Part shown: one piece after another, positions 1 to 14,587 of the stretch
How positions within the stretch are numbered: position 1 is the stretch's first letter
How the letters are laid out: each line of letters opens with the position of its first letter
NCBI RefSeq assembly: GCF_036321535.1
Contig: NC_087436.1
Span: 19,718,001-19,782,000 of the forward strand
Reading direction: 5' to 3'
DNA length: 64,000 nucleotides
Origin: Camelus dromedarius
Taxonomy: Eukaryota
Notes under the pieces: model-generated
Told to the model about the DNA's origin: nothing
The model's input: the letters and a program-made list of their open reading frames with translations, nothing else
Databases searched by the model: none
Program-made: the position numbers and the translations under genes

Positions 1-940
1 CAAGATCTAAAAACAATGTATTATTTCCAAATCCCCATGGAATATTTAAAAATTTTATTATGTATAAGACCATGAAGAAAATCTCAATAAACTCCAAATA
101 TTATATGCAGCCACCTTCTCTGATCATTATGCAAAAAAACTGATGTTAAGAACAAAATACATCTAAAATAAATCTAACTACATAGGAGAGAAAGTCTATT
201 TTAGTTATTCTTTAAAATAAAAAAAAGAACTGTTCAGAATGAGGTGCATCTATGTGTGTGGCCATAAATATATCTCCAAGTTACATTAAATTAAAATAAT
301 ATTGGTTATAAAGCAGTATATAGAGCAATTTAATTTTATATATTTAAGAGGATTTTCATATATATTATATTAAATACTTAATTTTTTTCCTGGAAGAATG
401 CACCTGAAATTGTTGACATTGGCTATCTTGAGAGAAAGAGGATAATGGTCAGAGGTAGGGAGGGGAATTTATAGAGAATTTAAGTCACACACAATTAACA
501 AGCTGTCCAGTATACAAAATTACACAGTCTTTCCAAATCCCTAATGAATATTTTTTAAACTTTATTATGTAGCTGGCCATGCAGAAAACTTAAATAACTT
601 CCAAATACTATATACAGAGCACGTTTTTTAAATGAATTGAACATAACATACACAGTCGAACATAGATTGTACATAAAAGAAAACCAGGGACCAAATTCAT
701 TTAATATCAATAAACATATCCCAAATAAAATATTAACAAACAGAATACTGAGCAGCATACTGAAAATATGCTACACCATGACTAAGTGGGGTTTGTTTCA
801 AGAACATAAGAATACTCCAGTATTTAGAAATCTTTAAAATGTAATTTCCCATATTACTGCATATAAGGAGAAAAAACATATGATTATTTCCACAAATGCT
901 CAAAACATTTGATCAAGTTCAAATATATTATGGACCGGAT
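1..940 (+). mobile_element. Old L1 (L1M/L1ME-type) ORF2 fragments
   Basis: Degenerate L1 endonuclease-region sequence at ~20-140 and again at ~530-630; RT-region sequence 'aaataaaatattaacaaacagaat...caccatgactaagtggggttt' at 680-930. Confidence 0.7.
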
Positions 941-1039
941 TCTTAACAGATCAGGAGTAGATAGATTGTTGTTCAACATTATTATTTATCTATGTGTCTA
1001 GAGGTACAGGTAATAGACATAGATGTCTTTCCTCCAAAA

Positions 1040-2010
1040 ACAAGGGCCAGACTCAGTTACTGGAACTGAACGGGCACCTCTAAGGTTTACCAGCTAGATA
1101 GGAGGCCACATTAGCAGGACCATCAACTTGTTCTTCCGACTGATGAAGGTCCCCTGTGGGTCTCCCCAGCAATTGTAAACAAAACTTCCTTTCCAGGGCA
1201 CCACGTACATTCTCAGGATTGTACTTTTTGTGTGCAAGTCAGGCATTAACTTGCCTCCCTTCCCAGAATATGGTGTCTCGCACTTTTGAGGGTGTCACAA
1301 GAGACCTTCAAACGTTTAAGGACACACCATGAGTAGATCGTATCGCCTTCAAATGGCTGCAGAGACCTCTCCAAAATGAGGCTACCCTTGGTTACTTGGG
1401 GTTGCTTCTCAGGTAGGTATCTCCTTAGTTGCGCACACTTTGTAGATAATAATCTCTATAATAGGGGCTAAGAATGATGCAGTTAGTAAAGGTAGTATAA
1501 CGTTTGTCCTTTACTTTAGCTGAAGTCATTGATGACACCACCTGAGCCCTGCAAGGCATTTAGTCAGACCTGTTATGGGTGATAGAACTGCCGTAAACTT
1601 CCTTATCACAGGCCGAGGAGAAACCTGTGCCATCGCTAATATATTCTGCTGTACCTACAGCAATGCCAGAGCCAAGTGGAAAGGTCAGTGCTGAAACTTA
1701 GGGAGAAAGCCACCTGGCTTTCTAAGACAGACCCTGACATTTTATGAGATTCGTTAAGCTGGTTGGCCTGGCACTCTGGGTAACATGGCTGGAGTCAGCA
1801 CTGCGGGCTGCCCTCATCCTGCTGCTTGGAATCCTGTTACTAGTAGCCTTAACTGTAGTAACTTCATAGTAGCCTCGTAAGTGCTGTATGGGACAGACTC
1901 AATGGATTTGGTCCCAGCCTTCACCAGTCAGATAACTGAGAGTAGCCAGTGAAGTGGCGTACTGATGGGAAAATTCTCCAGAAGCCTAAATCATATAAAA
2001 CACAGGGTGC
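1040..2010 (+). mobile_element. Decayed ERV1-class env (TM subunit) relic
   Basis: 1572-1667 translates VMGDRTAVNFLITGRGETCAIANIFCCTYSNA (degenerate immunosuppressive domain plus CX6CC), followed after a frameshift by ...KLREKATWL. Confidence 0.8.
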
Positions 2011-2039
2011 ATATTGTTTTCTTTAAATTGTGCACAGCA

Positions 2040-4800
2040 TATTTTTTCTTTCTTATAATATTGGTTTCAGCTGTACAACATAGTGATTCGATATTGTTTA
2101 ACATTACAAAATGATCAGTCTAGTTTCTGTCACCATAGAATGTTATTACATTATTATTGACTATATTTCCCACACTGTACGTTACATCCCTGTTACTTAC
2201 TTACTTTATAATGGGAAGTTTGTGCTTCTTAATGTCCCTCACCTATTTCACTCATCCCCCCATCGCTCACCCCTCTGGCAACCACCAGTTTGGTCTTGAT
2301 ATCTATGAGTTTGTTTCTGTTTTGTTGTTTGTCCATTTGTTTTGTTTTTTAGATTCCGCATATAAGTGAAATTATACAGTTTTCGTCTTTCTGTATGTGA
2401 CTTACTTCACTCAGCTTAATACCTTCTAGGTCCACTGATGTTGTTGCAAATGGCAAGATTTTGTTCTTTTTATGGCTGAGTAATATTCCACTATACATGT
2501 CACATCTTCTTTATTCATTTATCTATTGATGAATACTTAGATTGCTTCCATATCTTGGCTATTGTAAATAATGCTTCAGCAAACATAGGGGTGCATGTAT
2601 CTCTGCAAATTACTGTTTTTGTTTTATTTGGAAAAAACACCCAGGAGTAGAATTACTGGATCATATAGCAGTTCTATTTTTAATTTTTGGAGGAAGATCC
2701 ATTCTGTTTTTCTATAATGGCTGTACTAATTTGCACTCACATCAACAGTGCATGACATAAGGGTTCCCTTTTCTCCACAACCTCACCAATACTTTTTTGT
2801 TACCTTTTTGACAATAGCCATTCAGACAAGTTTGAGGTGATATCTTATTGTGGTTTTGATTTGCATTTCCCTGGTGATTTGTGACTTTTGGCATCTTCAT
2901 GTATCTGTTGGCCATCTGTATGTCTTTTTTGGAAAACTGTCTTTTCAGATCCTTTGCCCACTTTTAAATTAGTTTTTTTTTTTTTTTGATGTTGAGTTGT
3001 TTGAGTTCTTTGTATGTTTTGTACATTAACTCCTTTTTTGATATACATTTGTAAATATCTTCTCCCATTCAGTAGGCTACCTTTTTGTTTTGTTAAGCTT
3101 CCTCTGCTGTGCAAAAGCTTTTTGGTTTGACGTAGTCCCATTTATGTATCTTTGCATTTGTCTCCCTTGCTTGAGGAGACATATACAAAAAAATATTAAG
3201 ACCGATGTCAAAGAGCATGCCTTTGTCTTCTGAAAACTTCCTATGTTTTCTTCTAGGAGTTTCATGGTTTCAGGTCTTGCATTTTAAGCCTTTAACCCAT
3301 TTTGACTTTATTTTTGCATATGGTGTGAGAAAGTAGTCCAGTCTTACTCTTTTGCATGCAGCTGTTCAGCTTTCAGAGCACCATTTACCAAAGAGGTTGC
3401 CATTTCCCCATTGTATATTCTTGTCTCCTTTGTCATAGGCTAATTGACCATATAAATATGCATTCATTTCTGGGCTCTATTCTGTTCCATTGATCTTTAT
3501 ATCTATTTTCATGTCAGTACCATACTGTTTGGATTACTATAGCTTTGTATATAGTTTGAAATCAGGGAGCATGATACCTCCAGCTTTGTTCTTTGGGACC
3601 TTTTGTGTTTCCATACAAATTTTAGAATTATTTGTTCTACTTATATGAAAAATGCCATTAGTATTTTGATAGGGATTGCACTGAATCTGTAGTTTGCCTT
3701 GAGTAGTATGGCCATTTCAGCAATATTAATTCTTTCAACCTGTGAGCATGGTATCTTTCCATTTGTTGGTATCATCTTCAGTTTCTTTTATCACCATTTT
3801 ATAGTTTTCCTGGTACAAGTCTTTTATCTCCTTGGTTATTTATTCCTAGGTATTTTATTATTTTTGATGCAAATGTAAATGGGATCATCTTTAAATTTTC
3901 TCTTTCTGGTAATTTATTGTTAGTATATAGAAATGCAACAGATTTCTGTATATTATTATATATAATATGTAATAATATTCTGTAGAGTAACTGTTCTGTG
4001 TCCTGAAACTTTACTAAAACCATTTATTAGTTCTAATAGTTTTTTGGTGGTGTCTTTATGATTTTTTGTATACATGTCATCTGCAACTGTGACAGTTTTA
4101 CCTCTTCCTTTCCAATTTGGATTCCTTTTATTTCTTTCTTTTTTTTTTTTTTTTTTTTTTTTGTCTGAATGCTGTGGCTAGATCTTCCAATACTATGTTG
4201 AATAAAACTGACAAGAGTGGTTATCCTTGGGTTGTTCCTGATCTTAGAGGAAATGTTATCCACTTTTCACCATTGACTATGATGTTAGCTGTTGGTTTGT
4301 TGTATAAGGACTTTATTATGTTGAGGTGTTCCCTCTATACTCACTTTGTTGAGAGTTTTTTCATACGTGAATATTAAATTTTGTCAAAAGGTTTTTCTAC
4401 ATCTATTGAGATGATCGTATGATTTTTATTTTTCAATTTGCTAGTGTGGTATATCACATTGATTGATGTGTGGATATTGAACCATCCTTGCATCCTTTGG
4501 ATTAATCCTACTTGATCATGGTGTAGGACTCTTGAAATATATTGTTTAAATCAGTTTGCTTATATTTTGCTTAGGATTTTTGCATCTATATTCATCAGTA
4601 ATATTGGCCTGTAATTTTCCTTTTTTGTGGTGTCTGTCTGATTTTGGTATCAGGTGATGCTGGCCTTATAGAATGAATTTGGAATCATTCCTTCCACTTT
4701 AATTTTTTGGAATAGTTTGAGAAAGATAAGTGTTAACTCTTCTTTAAATGTTTGATAGAATTCACCTCTAAAACTTTCTGGTCCTGAACTTTTGTTTGTG
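2040..4800 (-). mobile_element. 5'-truncated L1 (3' ORF2 plus 3'UTR), about 2.75 kb
   Basis: T-rich tail at ~2040, L1 3'UTR, ORF2-like peptides on the minus strand (KLLEENIG, IQKSVAFLYTNN, IKYLGIN, IQIGKEEVKLS). Confidence 0.95.
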
Positions 4801-4972
4801 GCTTCTTATCTAATAAGAATGTAAGTTGTCTTGATATTTTCTCTTAGGCTCAGAGGAATCATCAAAACCTTTCTATAAGTTTCCTCAAAATATGACCTCC
4901 AGGCCCACACATTCCAATCTGGACTCTTCCATTCCACAATTTCTAAGATTTCTTTAGGTTCTATCTTTGACC
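4800..4972 (+). mobile_element. Probable 3' part of the LTR of the ERV1 relic, displaced by the L1
   Basis: Lies directly after the L1 that interrupts the env 3' end; ends in an LTR-like '...ttaggttctatctttgac'. Confidence 0.35.
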
Positions 4973-5094
4973 TCACTCAAAGGAAGTCTTTTTTATCTGA
5001 TACAAAAAACTTTTCACCAGAAATATCAGACCATCTTGCAAAAACATGACACTGGGGATTTCAATAGCCCTGAGTCCCTGGAAAGACAATTCTC

Positions 5095-5410
5095 ACATCA
5101 TTTATTCATTCATTCATTTACCAAATATCTCTAACATCTTGTACACTCAATACATAGTATGTGCTCAGTAGCTACGTACTGAATAAGTTAATCCCAGGCT
5201 AGTTAGGAAATAGCCATCCTTCAAATTGACACTCAAATAATATGGAATTTTAAACTGTGAAAAGTGTTATGAGGGAAAGTACCAGGTAAAAGGAAAACAT
5301 TACGAATCATACAAACAGTGACATTTAAACTGGGAACTGAAGAAGGAGAAGGAGAGCTGGACAAAGAGATGGTGATAATTTTTATGTTCTAGGCAGAGGA
5401 AAGAGTATTG
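5095..5410 (-). mobile_element. L2 fragments
   Basis: (CATT)n L2 tail 'ttcattcattcattcattt' and 'ttctaggcagaggaaaagag'. Confidence 0.6.
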
Positions 5411-6889
5411 ACTCACTTTTCTTGGTCCAGTTCCTTTTTCCAATCATACGCAATGGCCAGCTAGAAAGGTTGGCTTTTCCTTTCAGGGGCTCCATTTCTT
5501 TTTCCCTTGTTCTAATGTGGAATCTGTGATTAATCACAGCATTATCCAAATGGTCTCAGTGGCAGGTATCATTTTTTCTGGAGCTGTCCCTGCTTCACCG
5601 TTCCCTCCACTGACCCCAAGCAAGATCCCCATGTCAGCAACTGTCAGCCAAGCACTTGCTCACAGAGGGGCACATCCCTCTCCCTGCTGATTTGCCTACC
5701 CTGAGCCCAATTACTCATGCAACCTTTATTGGTTACTGCCTCGGTATACACCCCCAGATTCTCATTGCTATCTCATCCTCAAGTGACTTTAAAGAAATGA
5801 GAGTTCCATTAAGCTTTTTCATACAACATATCTTGAAAAGACAACAGACATAACAGAACTAGAAAAACAGAATGCCAACTCCTTACAGGGTCGTTTGTGA
5901 GCCCAGCAAATTCCTGTACTAATTGACCTGGCATTTTCCCACACAAAGTAAATAGAGAGGTAGCCAGCCATGAAGAAACATCGGGTGTCCACTGGTAGGT
6001 CTCATTTGTTGTAGTGACGACCGCTATCTTTAATCATATTAAAGTAGCTTCAGTCTCCTCTCACTAATGTTGGCACTGCAAAATAATACTTACTGATTCT
6101 ATAACAAAATACAGAAATGTATGCTTTTAAACATCCTCCTTAATCATTTAGATCAGAAGAAGGATGTGACTTTGAGTGCAGGAAATATGTGATTGACACT
6201 GAGTGTGGAATAAGCTTATCTCACGTTCAAGCTTTGGTCTGGGGCTAGGGAAAGCACCAGTTCTGGTTAATGCCAGCCAAGTTTTCTGTCACTAGTAAGA
6301 TAAATCTGTGACAGGGTAAGAATTGCTGTCTAGTACAGAAAACCGCTTCTTGTTAGTGACATTACTTTGCTGTTCTATGACCTGCTTCTCAGGGTGATGA
6401 GTAATATGACAGGCTTTTTGTGTGCTTATACAATAAAATGTTTAGTTTCTTGCCACAAAATGAGACTGGGTGTTGAAGCTATGTACAGTGCATAGGCTGA
6501 TATTTTCTTAGATAATAACCTGAATTAATCCTGTTATGGTGCTATTTTGATTTGTAAAAAAATAAAACACAATTGCTTTTCCAAGGTATGATTTCTGAGT
6601 CTCTGAAGTATTCTTCACCCAGTCTTTCTGAAATGTAATTTCAACACTAGATTCAGTCACTCATGATTGTTTGAGAACCCTGTGTCTGGGGAGTTTATAG
6701 TTTTAAATTTTATAGACTTTTAGTTTCAAAACTGCAAGCAAAATAAGTGCTAATGTGAGTGGTGACTGAAAGAAGATTCCATTCAGTATTCTCTTAGTGT
6801 TAATATGAAATTATAGGAACAAGAACACGACAGGTAAGAGGTTTGTGGGTATAGTGGGAAATAGCAGGGAAACTCATTTGTTGTTAAAA

Positions 6890-7280
6890 ATACAATCAAT
6901 TGTAAATCAACAACACTCAATAAAAATAAAATTTTAAAAATCACTTATATGTAGAATCTAAAAATAAAAATAAAAATTTTACTTACAGACCAAAAATAGA
7001 CTCAGTGAAATAGAAACCAAACTATGGTTACCAAAGGAGAAAGGGCATGGGAGGGATAAATTAGGAGTTTGGGACTAACAGATACACATTACTGTATATA
7101 AAATAAACAACAAAGACCTACTTGATAGCACAGGGGACTATATTCAATTTCTTGTAATAACATATAATGGGAAAGAATGTGAAAAGAAAAAATATATATG
7201 TATAACTGAATTGTTTTGCTGTATACTTGAAACTAAAATTGCAAATCAACTACACTTAGGTAAAAAATAAAATTAAACAG
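6890..7280 (+). mobile_element. L1 3' end
   Basis: 'ggagggataaattaggagtttgggactaacagatacac...tatagcacagggga' followed by an A-rich tail. Confidence 0.9.
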
Positions 7281-7624
7281 AAAGCCAATAAAAAGATAAT
7301 CAGTAACTCCACCTCTCCCCTTCCAAAAACAAAACAACTAGATCAGGAAAAAAGAGTTTTTCTTCTTTTCACATTGAAGCAGAATGGAGAGAGTTTCCCA
7401 GAATTCAAGAAGGATGAATCCAGGGGTTGATGACAGCCGGCTATGACAGGCGATGGGAGAGAAAATCTCAATGATGTGCTTTCATCCCTCACACCTGGCA
7501 GAAGCTGTGCCAGAGACAGGCTGAGGAGGCTGGTAGGTTGAGTGTTGAAACTCAAAAATCAAGGCAACTGTGCCAAGGGTATCAATGAGCAGGTTTCCAT
7601 GAGTAAAAACAGTCACCAAGTTCA

Positions 7625-7880
7625 GGTTAATTTTTTTTTTTTTTTTTACTGTTTTTAGCTTAAACAAATTAATTTTCCTAGTATAATTTAATTAGACAAC
7701 AATTTATTATTTTTTCTTTTTCTTTTTTTAAAATTTTGTTTTTTATTGAAGTGTGGTTGACTTACAATGTTAGTGTCAGGTGTACAGCAAAGTGATTCAG
7801 TTATACATATATATATATTTTTATATTCTTTTCCATTATATGTTATTACAAGAAATTGAATATAGTTCCCCGTGATATGA
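7625..7880 (-). mobile_element. L1 3' end
   Basis: Poly-T then 'ttattgaagtgtggttgacttacaatgttagtgtcaggtgtacagcaaagtgattcag'. Confidence 0.9.
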
Positions 7881-8269
7881 GGTTCATTCTTCAAAGAAAA
7901 AAAACACAAAGAGGTGAGCAAGTAGTTGATCATTGTCCACAGGACCCAACCCAGGCTGGGACTAACAAAAGACCCCTGAGCTCTAACCCTACAGCGTGCT
8001 CTCGATATGGCAGCTGCTAGACTCATGTGTGGGGTTTGGAGCCACCGTGTTCCTTTTCTTCACAGCCCTACTCATATCCTATAAACCAAGAGTACCCACC
8101 TCAAGGAAAACCTTCCATATATAAGCAGAGAGAAGGGAACAGGAAGTATGCTAATGACTGATGGTCTCCCAGAGTATCTTGCTCTCAATCGAAACTTTCC
8201 AACTCATCTGCCGACTTGAAATAAGTCAGAGTTTTAATTTTTCCCCTTAATTGTTTAATGTGTTAAAGG

Positions 8270-9040
8270 TTGGGGTCTTCCTTAGTCAAAATGGCAAACT
8301 AAATTGGATGAGCCAGGAAAGGTGCCTCCTGCTATAGGGTCCTCATTCTGAGAAGCTTTAGAGAGCCTGCCACAGTAGCAACCTCTTCGGAGAGAACCCT
8401 TGCATAGGTCAGTGGGTTACTGTGTGTATCATGGTCAAAGCTGACTGGACCAGGGGTGGGTGCTGGTCAGCCATCATAAGTTTGGCTAGAAGCCTATGAG
8501 AGAATCTAGCCTAAGAGCTCTATCGTAAAAAGGCATTGGATAGGAGTCAAGGGTCCAGCCAGAAACTCTTATTGACAAACTGAATGCAAAGCATTCAGAG
8601 ACAGCAGGCTGGAGAGGCCAAGAGACCCACGCTCAAAAAGAAGGCAGTAAGCAAAAACTGGGTTGGTGGTAGAAGCTCTGAGTAAACAGAAATCTTGAGA
8701 TAAACAGATGAGATTCAAGATCATTATTCAATTGTAGTAGTAACAGGAGCAGAAACAGAAACCAAGAGAGAGCAGAGAATTTTAGTTCTAGAAAAAAACT
8801 AAAACAGTAAGTGGGAAGGGGAAGACCTAAGTCACGAGCGGGTCTGATGGCGAGGGATAACTGTTAAGTGGACATATGGTGAGAGTTTTCAGTGCATCTT
8901 AAATAGCAATAATATTTTTAGTTCTCAGTGGACTTAGCTTGGGTGATCTTGACTTTTCCTAGTTTTTATTACTTTCCTTGTGATCTTACAATAAACCCTG
9001 TTAACTGAGATAATAGACTGTTCTGTATTCCTTGCATCCT
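8270..9040 (+). mobile_element. Ancient solo LTR (ERVL or Gypsy-like mammalian LTR)
   Basis: 3' end 'caataaaccctgttaactgag...tctgtattccttgca' is typical of old LTRs; purine-rich body. Confidence 0.45.
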
Positions 9041-9539
9041 AGAAGATCTTAGCAATTCTTTAGGTCATTTTGTAAATGGGTCAGAGCAATACAATCAAAT
9101 GCAATAAAATTCAAAGAGCCCCACATTGTACCTTTCTTAATAAACAGGGGCTACAATATGTTCCACCCTGTCATTCCTTTAAAGAAGATATTTTATTGTG
9201 CCCTGGACTCTAAGACTCCCAGAAACTTCACTGAAGTGGTAGGTCTCTTCCTCTGTTTTTATGGGCTGTATATTTCCTTCCTTCTTGCAGACATGTAGCT
9301 TTTACAGCCTCTAGGATACCTCTTAATTTCTGCTCTTCAACTCTTGTCAGCAAGATGTCATCAAGCTAGTGGACCACGATGATGTCCTATGGGATAATTG
9401 GATGTTCAAGGTACTTGTGTACCATATTGTTGCAGAGAGCCCCCGAACTGACATAACCCTGAGGCAAAATGGTAAATGTGTTCCACTATTCCTATGAAGT
9501 GAAAGCAAACTTGACTGTTTTCTCTACTTAACGGCATAG

Positions 9540-10825
9540 AGCAGGAGTCAGCAAGATAGAGTCTGAAGGTAAAATCTGGCTCATCACCTTTTTAAAAATT
9601 TTATTAACAGACTTAATTTTTTAGAACTATTTTAAATTTACAGAAAAACTGAGCAGATAGTACAGAGCTCCCTTGTAACTACCCACCCCCAGGCTTTCTC
9701 CTTTTCGTTAACATCTTACATTTGTATGGTACATTTTCCACAGTCAATGAACCAACATCAATACACTGTTACTAAAGTTTGTAGTTTATTCAGACTTCCC
9801 TAATTTTACCTAATTCCTTTTCTGTGCCAGGATCTCATCCAGGATACCCTATTACATGTAGCTGTCATATCTTCCTAGGTTGCTCATGGCTGTGACTGAC
9901 AGTGTCTCAGACTTTTCCTGTTTTTGATGTCCTTGAGAGTTTTAAGGAGTCCTGATCAGGAATATGGTGGAATGTCCTTCTATTGGAATTTGATGATTTT
10001 CTCACGGTTAAACTGGGGTTCTGGCTTTGGGGAAGAATATCACAGATGTAAAGTGCTCCTTCATCACATTATATCAAGGGTACCTCTTATCAACCTGACT
10101 TATAACTGTTGATGTTGACCTCAGTCACCTGCATGGAGGTGTGTTTGTCAGGTTTCTCTACTGTAAAGTTACTTTTTCCCACCTTTCCACACTGTACTGT
10201 ATTCTTTGAAAAGAAGTCACCATGCACAGCCCACACTTAAAGAATGCTCCTTCTTCTTTGGAATGGAGTATATTTAGAATTCTTCTGCATGAGGGATTTG
10301 TCTCTTTTCTCCATTTACTAATTTATCCAACCATATATTTGTATCAGCATGGGCTCATAGATATTTACCATACACCTTGGGTTATACTCCAATACTGCTT
10401 TCCTTTTTTGCTCAAATTGTTCCAGCTTTGACCATTGGAAGCTCTTTTAATTGGCTCCTTTGACATACCTCCATCAATGTGAGTTTTTTTTGAACACTTC
10501 CTTACTTTTTGGCTCATCTTATGTATTTTTTTGCCCCCGTGTTAGAATCGAATGTTTTTCCTAGGAGCCTTAGTTCTTTTTATTGGAGAATGATGTTAGA
10601 AACCAAGATCGTGGCACTAGATGTGCTTATTGCTCCTGGGACACTTCCAGCTTAGTTTGGAAATAAAATTTTATCGGAATACAGCCATGCCCAGTCATTT
10701 ATACATGGTCTGTGGCTGCTTACATGTGGCAATGGTGGAGCTGAACAGTTGCAACAGAAAACGTATGATCTGCACAACCTGTCATATGAACTATCCAGTC
10801 CAGAAGAAGTCTTCCAATCCCTGGG
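9540..10825. mobile_element. MER58-like hAT MITE (9540-9590 plus 10660-10825) split by an L1MC/MD-type 3' fragment (9595-10640, minus strand)
   Basis: 'aataaaattttatcggaatacagccatgccc...gagctgaacagttgcaacaga' resembles MER58; 'ttttaaatttacagaaaaactgagcagatagtacagag' resembles an L1MC 3' end. Confidence 0.75.
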
Positions 10826-13800
10826 TCAGAGCGAAAAGAATAAACTCAAGCAGTACCTGCACACATTGGCTCTAGAAATTGCCTCCAGTAAGGAGACTAC
10901 ATCTGGAGTGGAAGCTGCCATTCGAGTCACCATCTCATTGAGTTTACAGTAATCCACTGTACTTTCCAAGCTCCATCCTTGTCCTCCTCCAGTCAATCCA
11001 GAAAGTTAACTGGGGGTACTAAACCATTTTGTGCTTCTAATCTCTAATTTCATCATCAGTCTTAGCAGTTCCCTCATGAATGTTAGGTTGGTTTGATTAA
11101 CTCTTTAAATGGGACCTAGAGGAAGCCCTGGAAAACCAAGATAAAGACAAAAATCTTAAGTTTAAACGTGTGTTCTCCCCCTCCTTGACCAGGCACCCCA
11201 GAATCCATTCCCTGATCATACTGAGAAATATTTTTAATAATTTAAAATAGGGAAAAATTATTCTTTCATTCTACAAAGGCTTTTCCTTTGCTACTTAACT
11301 TTGTATTTGCTCCCTCTCTCTCTACCAAGGCATGCTGGCATTTTAATTATAGGCCTATAGACAATGAAGGATGTTGGGAGTATGGAAATCAACAATTGAC
11401 ATTTCCCTGGAGAATAAATCCTCAGAAAGGTTGTTACAGGGTTTTCAAATGAGGCAAGAACAAACCTTTTCAGATAGTTGCTGCACATCAGGACATAGAC
11501 TGGGACCTTTCCCCCATTACATTGCTAACACTCGGTAGAATTTCCAAAAGCTGATGTCTGTAGTGCTTCTTGGACTGTTTCCCTATGAATGTTACTCTGT
11601 GACCTCCAGAGACTCAGTGGCAGCTGGGGGATCAAAATAGGCTGAGGCCTCTGCATCCTCCCACGTACATCCACTTCAGTGCTCGAGATCCTACATCTTT
11701 ATGCTCCATGTTCTACTGGCAAGGCTGAGAATTCAACAGGTCAAAGGAATCCTCAGAACAAGCCACTGCATTTGGTTTGCAGCTCTGCTGACCCTGTGCT
11801 CGCCATCCCACAGGACTTTTTATTTCACTGTGACCTGAAGTCTATGAAACTATTGACCTTATTTCAGTTTTCTTAAGTTGGAAATTATAGAATCTTCAAA
11901 TTAGAAGGGATTTTATAGTTCAACATAACTCAATTTCCTACCCACTGCAAACGCCCTTCTGGAACTTTCCAGATTCATAAGCATTCATTCAGTTCTGCTT
12001 GAGTACTCCCAGTGGCAAGGAAGGAACACTGTAATATGGATATGAAATATAAACTGTTCATGGATAAATTATTGCATAATAAAAACATGCCTAATGGCTA
12101 CATTTCCCTAATATGTTCATTTGCTAGTTATGTTTTTATATGCAAACTCTTCTTGATAAAATTGTTTCTTTAAAAAAAGCTTTTAGTATAATTTGTAGTG
12201 TAATATATCTTGAGACACCTAAAGTTTCCACTTACACCCCCTTATTAATAGCCTTATTTTCTGAGAGGAAAGCATCTCAAAGATAATAGAGAAAAAATAG
12301 TTGCTTTTGCTCACCTTGTTGTTGTTCAGGGGTTAAAAATAAATGCTAACAGTGTGTGAGTGATCTGTTTAATATTTGCAGTAAAGTTCCCACATATACT
12401 TTAAAAAGCTAGTATGGTACTGTTTTCTCCCACTGTTTAGAAAAATCTGTCTGAAATAAACTGCTGGAAAAGTTAGGACATCATAAATTCTGCTAAATAG
12501 AAAAATTTCTTTGATACTTACCCCCAATTAATGATGGAAACATCAATTGCAGCTGTTCATTCGGTAGGTTCGTAGTTTGTGTTTATGCCACAGCAGAAGA
12601 AAACCCAGGATCCCATGATTTGGAAGAGATTTCTCAATGCTAGTGTTACACAAAACTTGCAAGTGTGGTTATCGTGGGAGACAATGGTGCTGTCTCATCC
12701 AAGAGTGTGGGTTCTGGGCTTAGACGGCTTAAATTCCTGCAGTTTTCATCTTGTTAGGATGTCAAGAACACACAATACTCTTAGCATAACACCAATAGCC
12801 CAGTAAATCGTAATATGATTTTCCTACTCCAGTGAGATCTCTTTAAAAGGTTCGGCAGAGAGCTTGAGACTGAGAGTGAAGGGTCAGGTTCAAAGTCTTG
12901 TTGCCCAAAGTTTTCAGTTTCCTCCAATTTATCCAAAAATTAAAAGTGGGGCAGTAAGGTGGCCCATGAGTGACATCTCAAAGCTCCAACAAGACAGACC
13001 AGAGCACAGGGAAGGAAGTACATGAACATTGGAAGGTAAGATGTGGCCATGACCCATGTCAGGTAAGGCAGCAGCAGCCAGGGACACCCAGAAGCCAGAG
13101 GTCCACTCCCGGAGTCAGCAGGGCACAGGCACAGAGATATCTCCCAGGCCTAAGGTGGCTTAAAACTGAGCAATCGCTACATGTTCCTCCTTGACTTGAG
13201 GGAATGGCCCCAAACCAGACTTCCAATGACCTGGATTTTAGTCCTGGGTCTGCCCTCTGTCAAATTACGGGCAGGTCACTGACATTTTCTGAACCTCAGT
13301 TTTCCCATAATAATATTGTTTTCTGCCTCCCTTAGGGTTATTGAGCTACTGTTGTGGGGAAGTGCATTGAAACAAGGTTTCAGAGTACTATCAATACAAA
13401 TGTCACATTTTATCCCTCTTACCGCAGTCTTCTAATACGATTACTGACTTGCCAGGACCCAGCAAGCAGGGACTGGGAGGCAGGCTGAAGCAAAGCAACT
13501 GGAAATATGCCATAAAAACAGGCACAAACTTTCTTTTTTCACCTCACAAGCTGCAGCTTAAGGCTGGACAGCCAGCAAATGCTAACAAAGCCTCATGCAT
13601 TGATTTGAAACTGGTCAGTTTGCCTTTCATTCTTCAGGAAGCACTTAGCACTTTTTCAGTGGGTGATGATGTTAACATCAAATGCTCAGTTTAAAACATT
13701 CCAAATAAAGGGAAATCTGTTCTATGAACAACTACAACTGCAGAGTGAAAATAGGGCGGTTTCTACATGTACTTTAGCGCAAGGACGCAACAGTACCATT

Positions 13801-14587
13801 TGCTACGTGCTCAATGATGTGATCAAAGTTAATTGGTAAATAAATATTATGCGATAACAGACGAGGTGCTTTTCCTTGTTGGGCAAGTCTCTAAAATCTC
13901 TTAATGTTAAAATTTTCAATATAAAATGTTCCCCAAAATGAATAAGGCACTATGTTGTTTTTAGTTTCTCCATCTTAATGAAACACTTGTTTTTTGTTCA
14001 ATGGAGAGACTTTATTCATGAAAAGGAAGGACAGAGGTGTGGTAGCATGGTCACAGAGTCCTCAGGGAGTCACGGAATTTTAGAGCCAGATCAAATCCCA
14101 GTTTGGTACTCACGGTGTACATCTGACAGTCTTCATCTGAGGGTCCAAAAGCTGGCTTCCGATGCCATCTGAGCCATTAAATAGCTGTGTGACCTTGAGC
14201 AAATCATTCAAACTTTCTTTAACTCAGTTTATTGGTTAGTATAAGTAAAGGACTTCCATTTCTATGATACTTTAAGTTTAGTATATCAGCATCTGTTTAT
14301 ACATTTTGTAAGCAAATTTATTCCAGCAGAGTATGGTTTTCTTTCTATTTTGACAACAAATGGGTAGAACTGCCTATAATTTAATTCTCTGTGGTTTTGA
14401 GAGAAACAGTATTCTTAAAAGGTGGTATATACCCTGAAGGTGGGGTCCTGTGTTGATTATTTTGTGTCTCCCCTGATGCCTCTAACATACTGGGTACTAG
14501 CAAAGAGTGAAGGACTGTAGAATTTCATTGCTGTTGTTGTGTTTCATTGTATTTTGGATAAAAGCATGCTGCTCTGAAACACCATTG

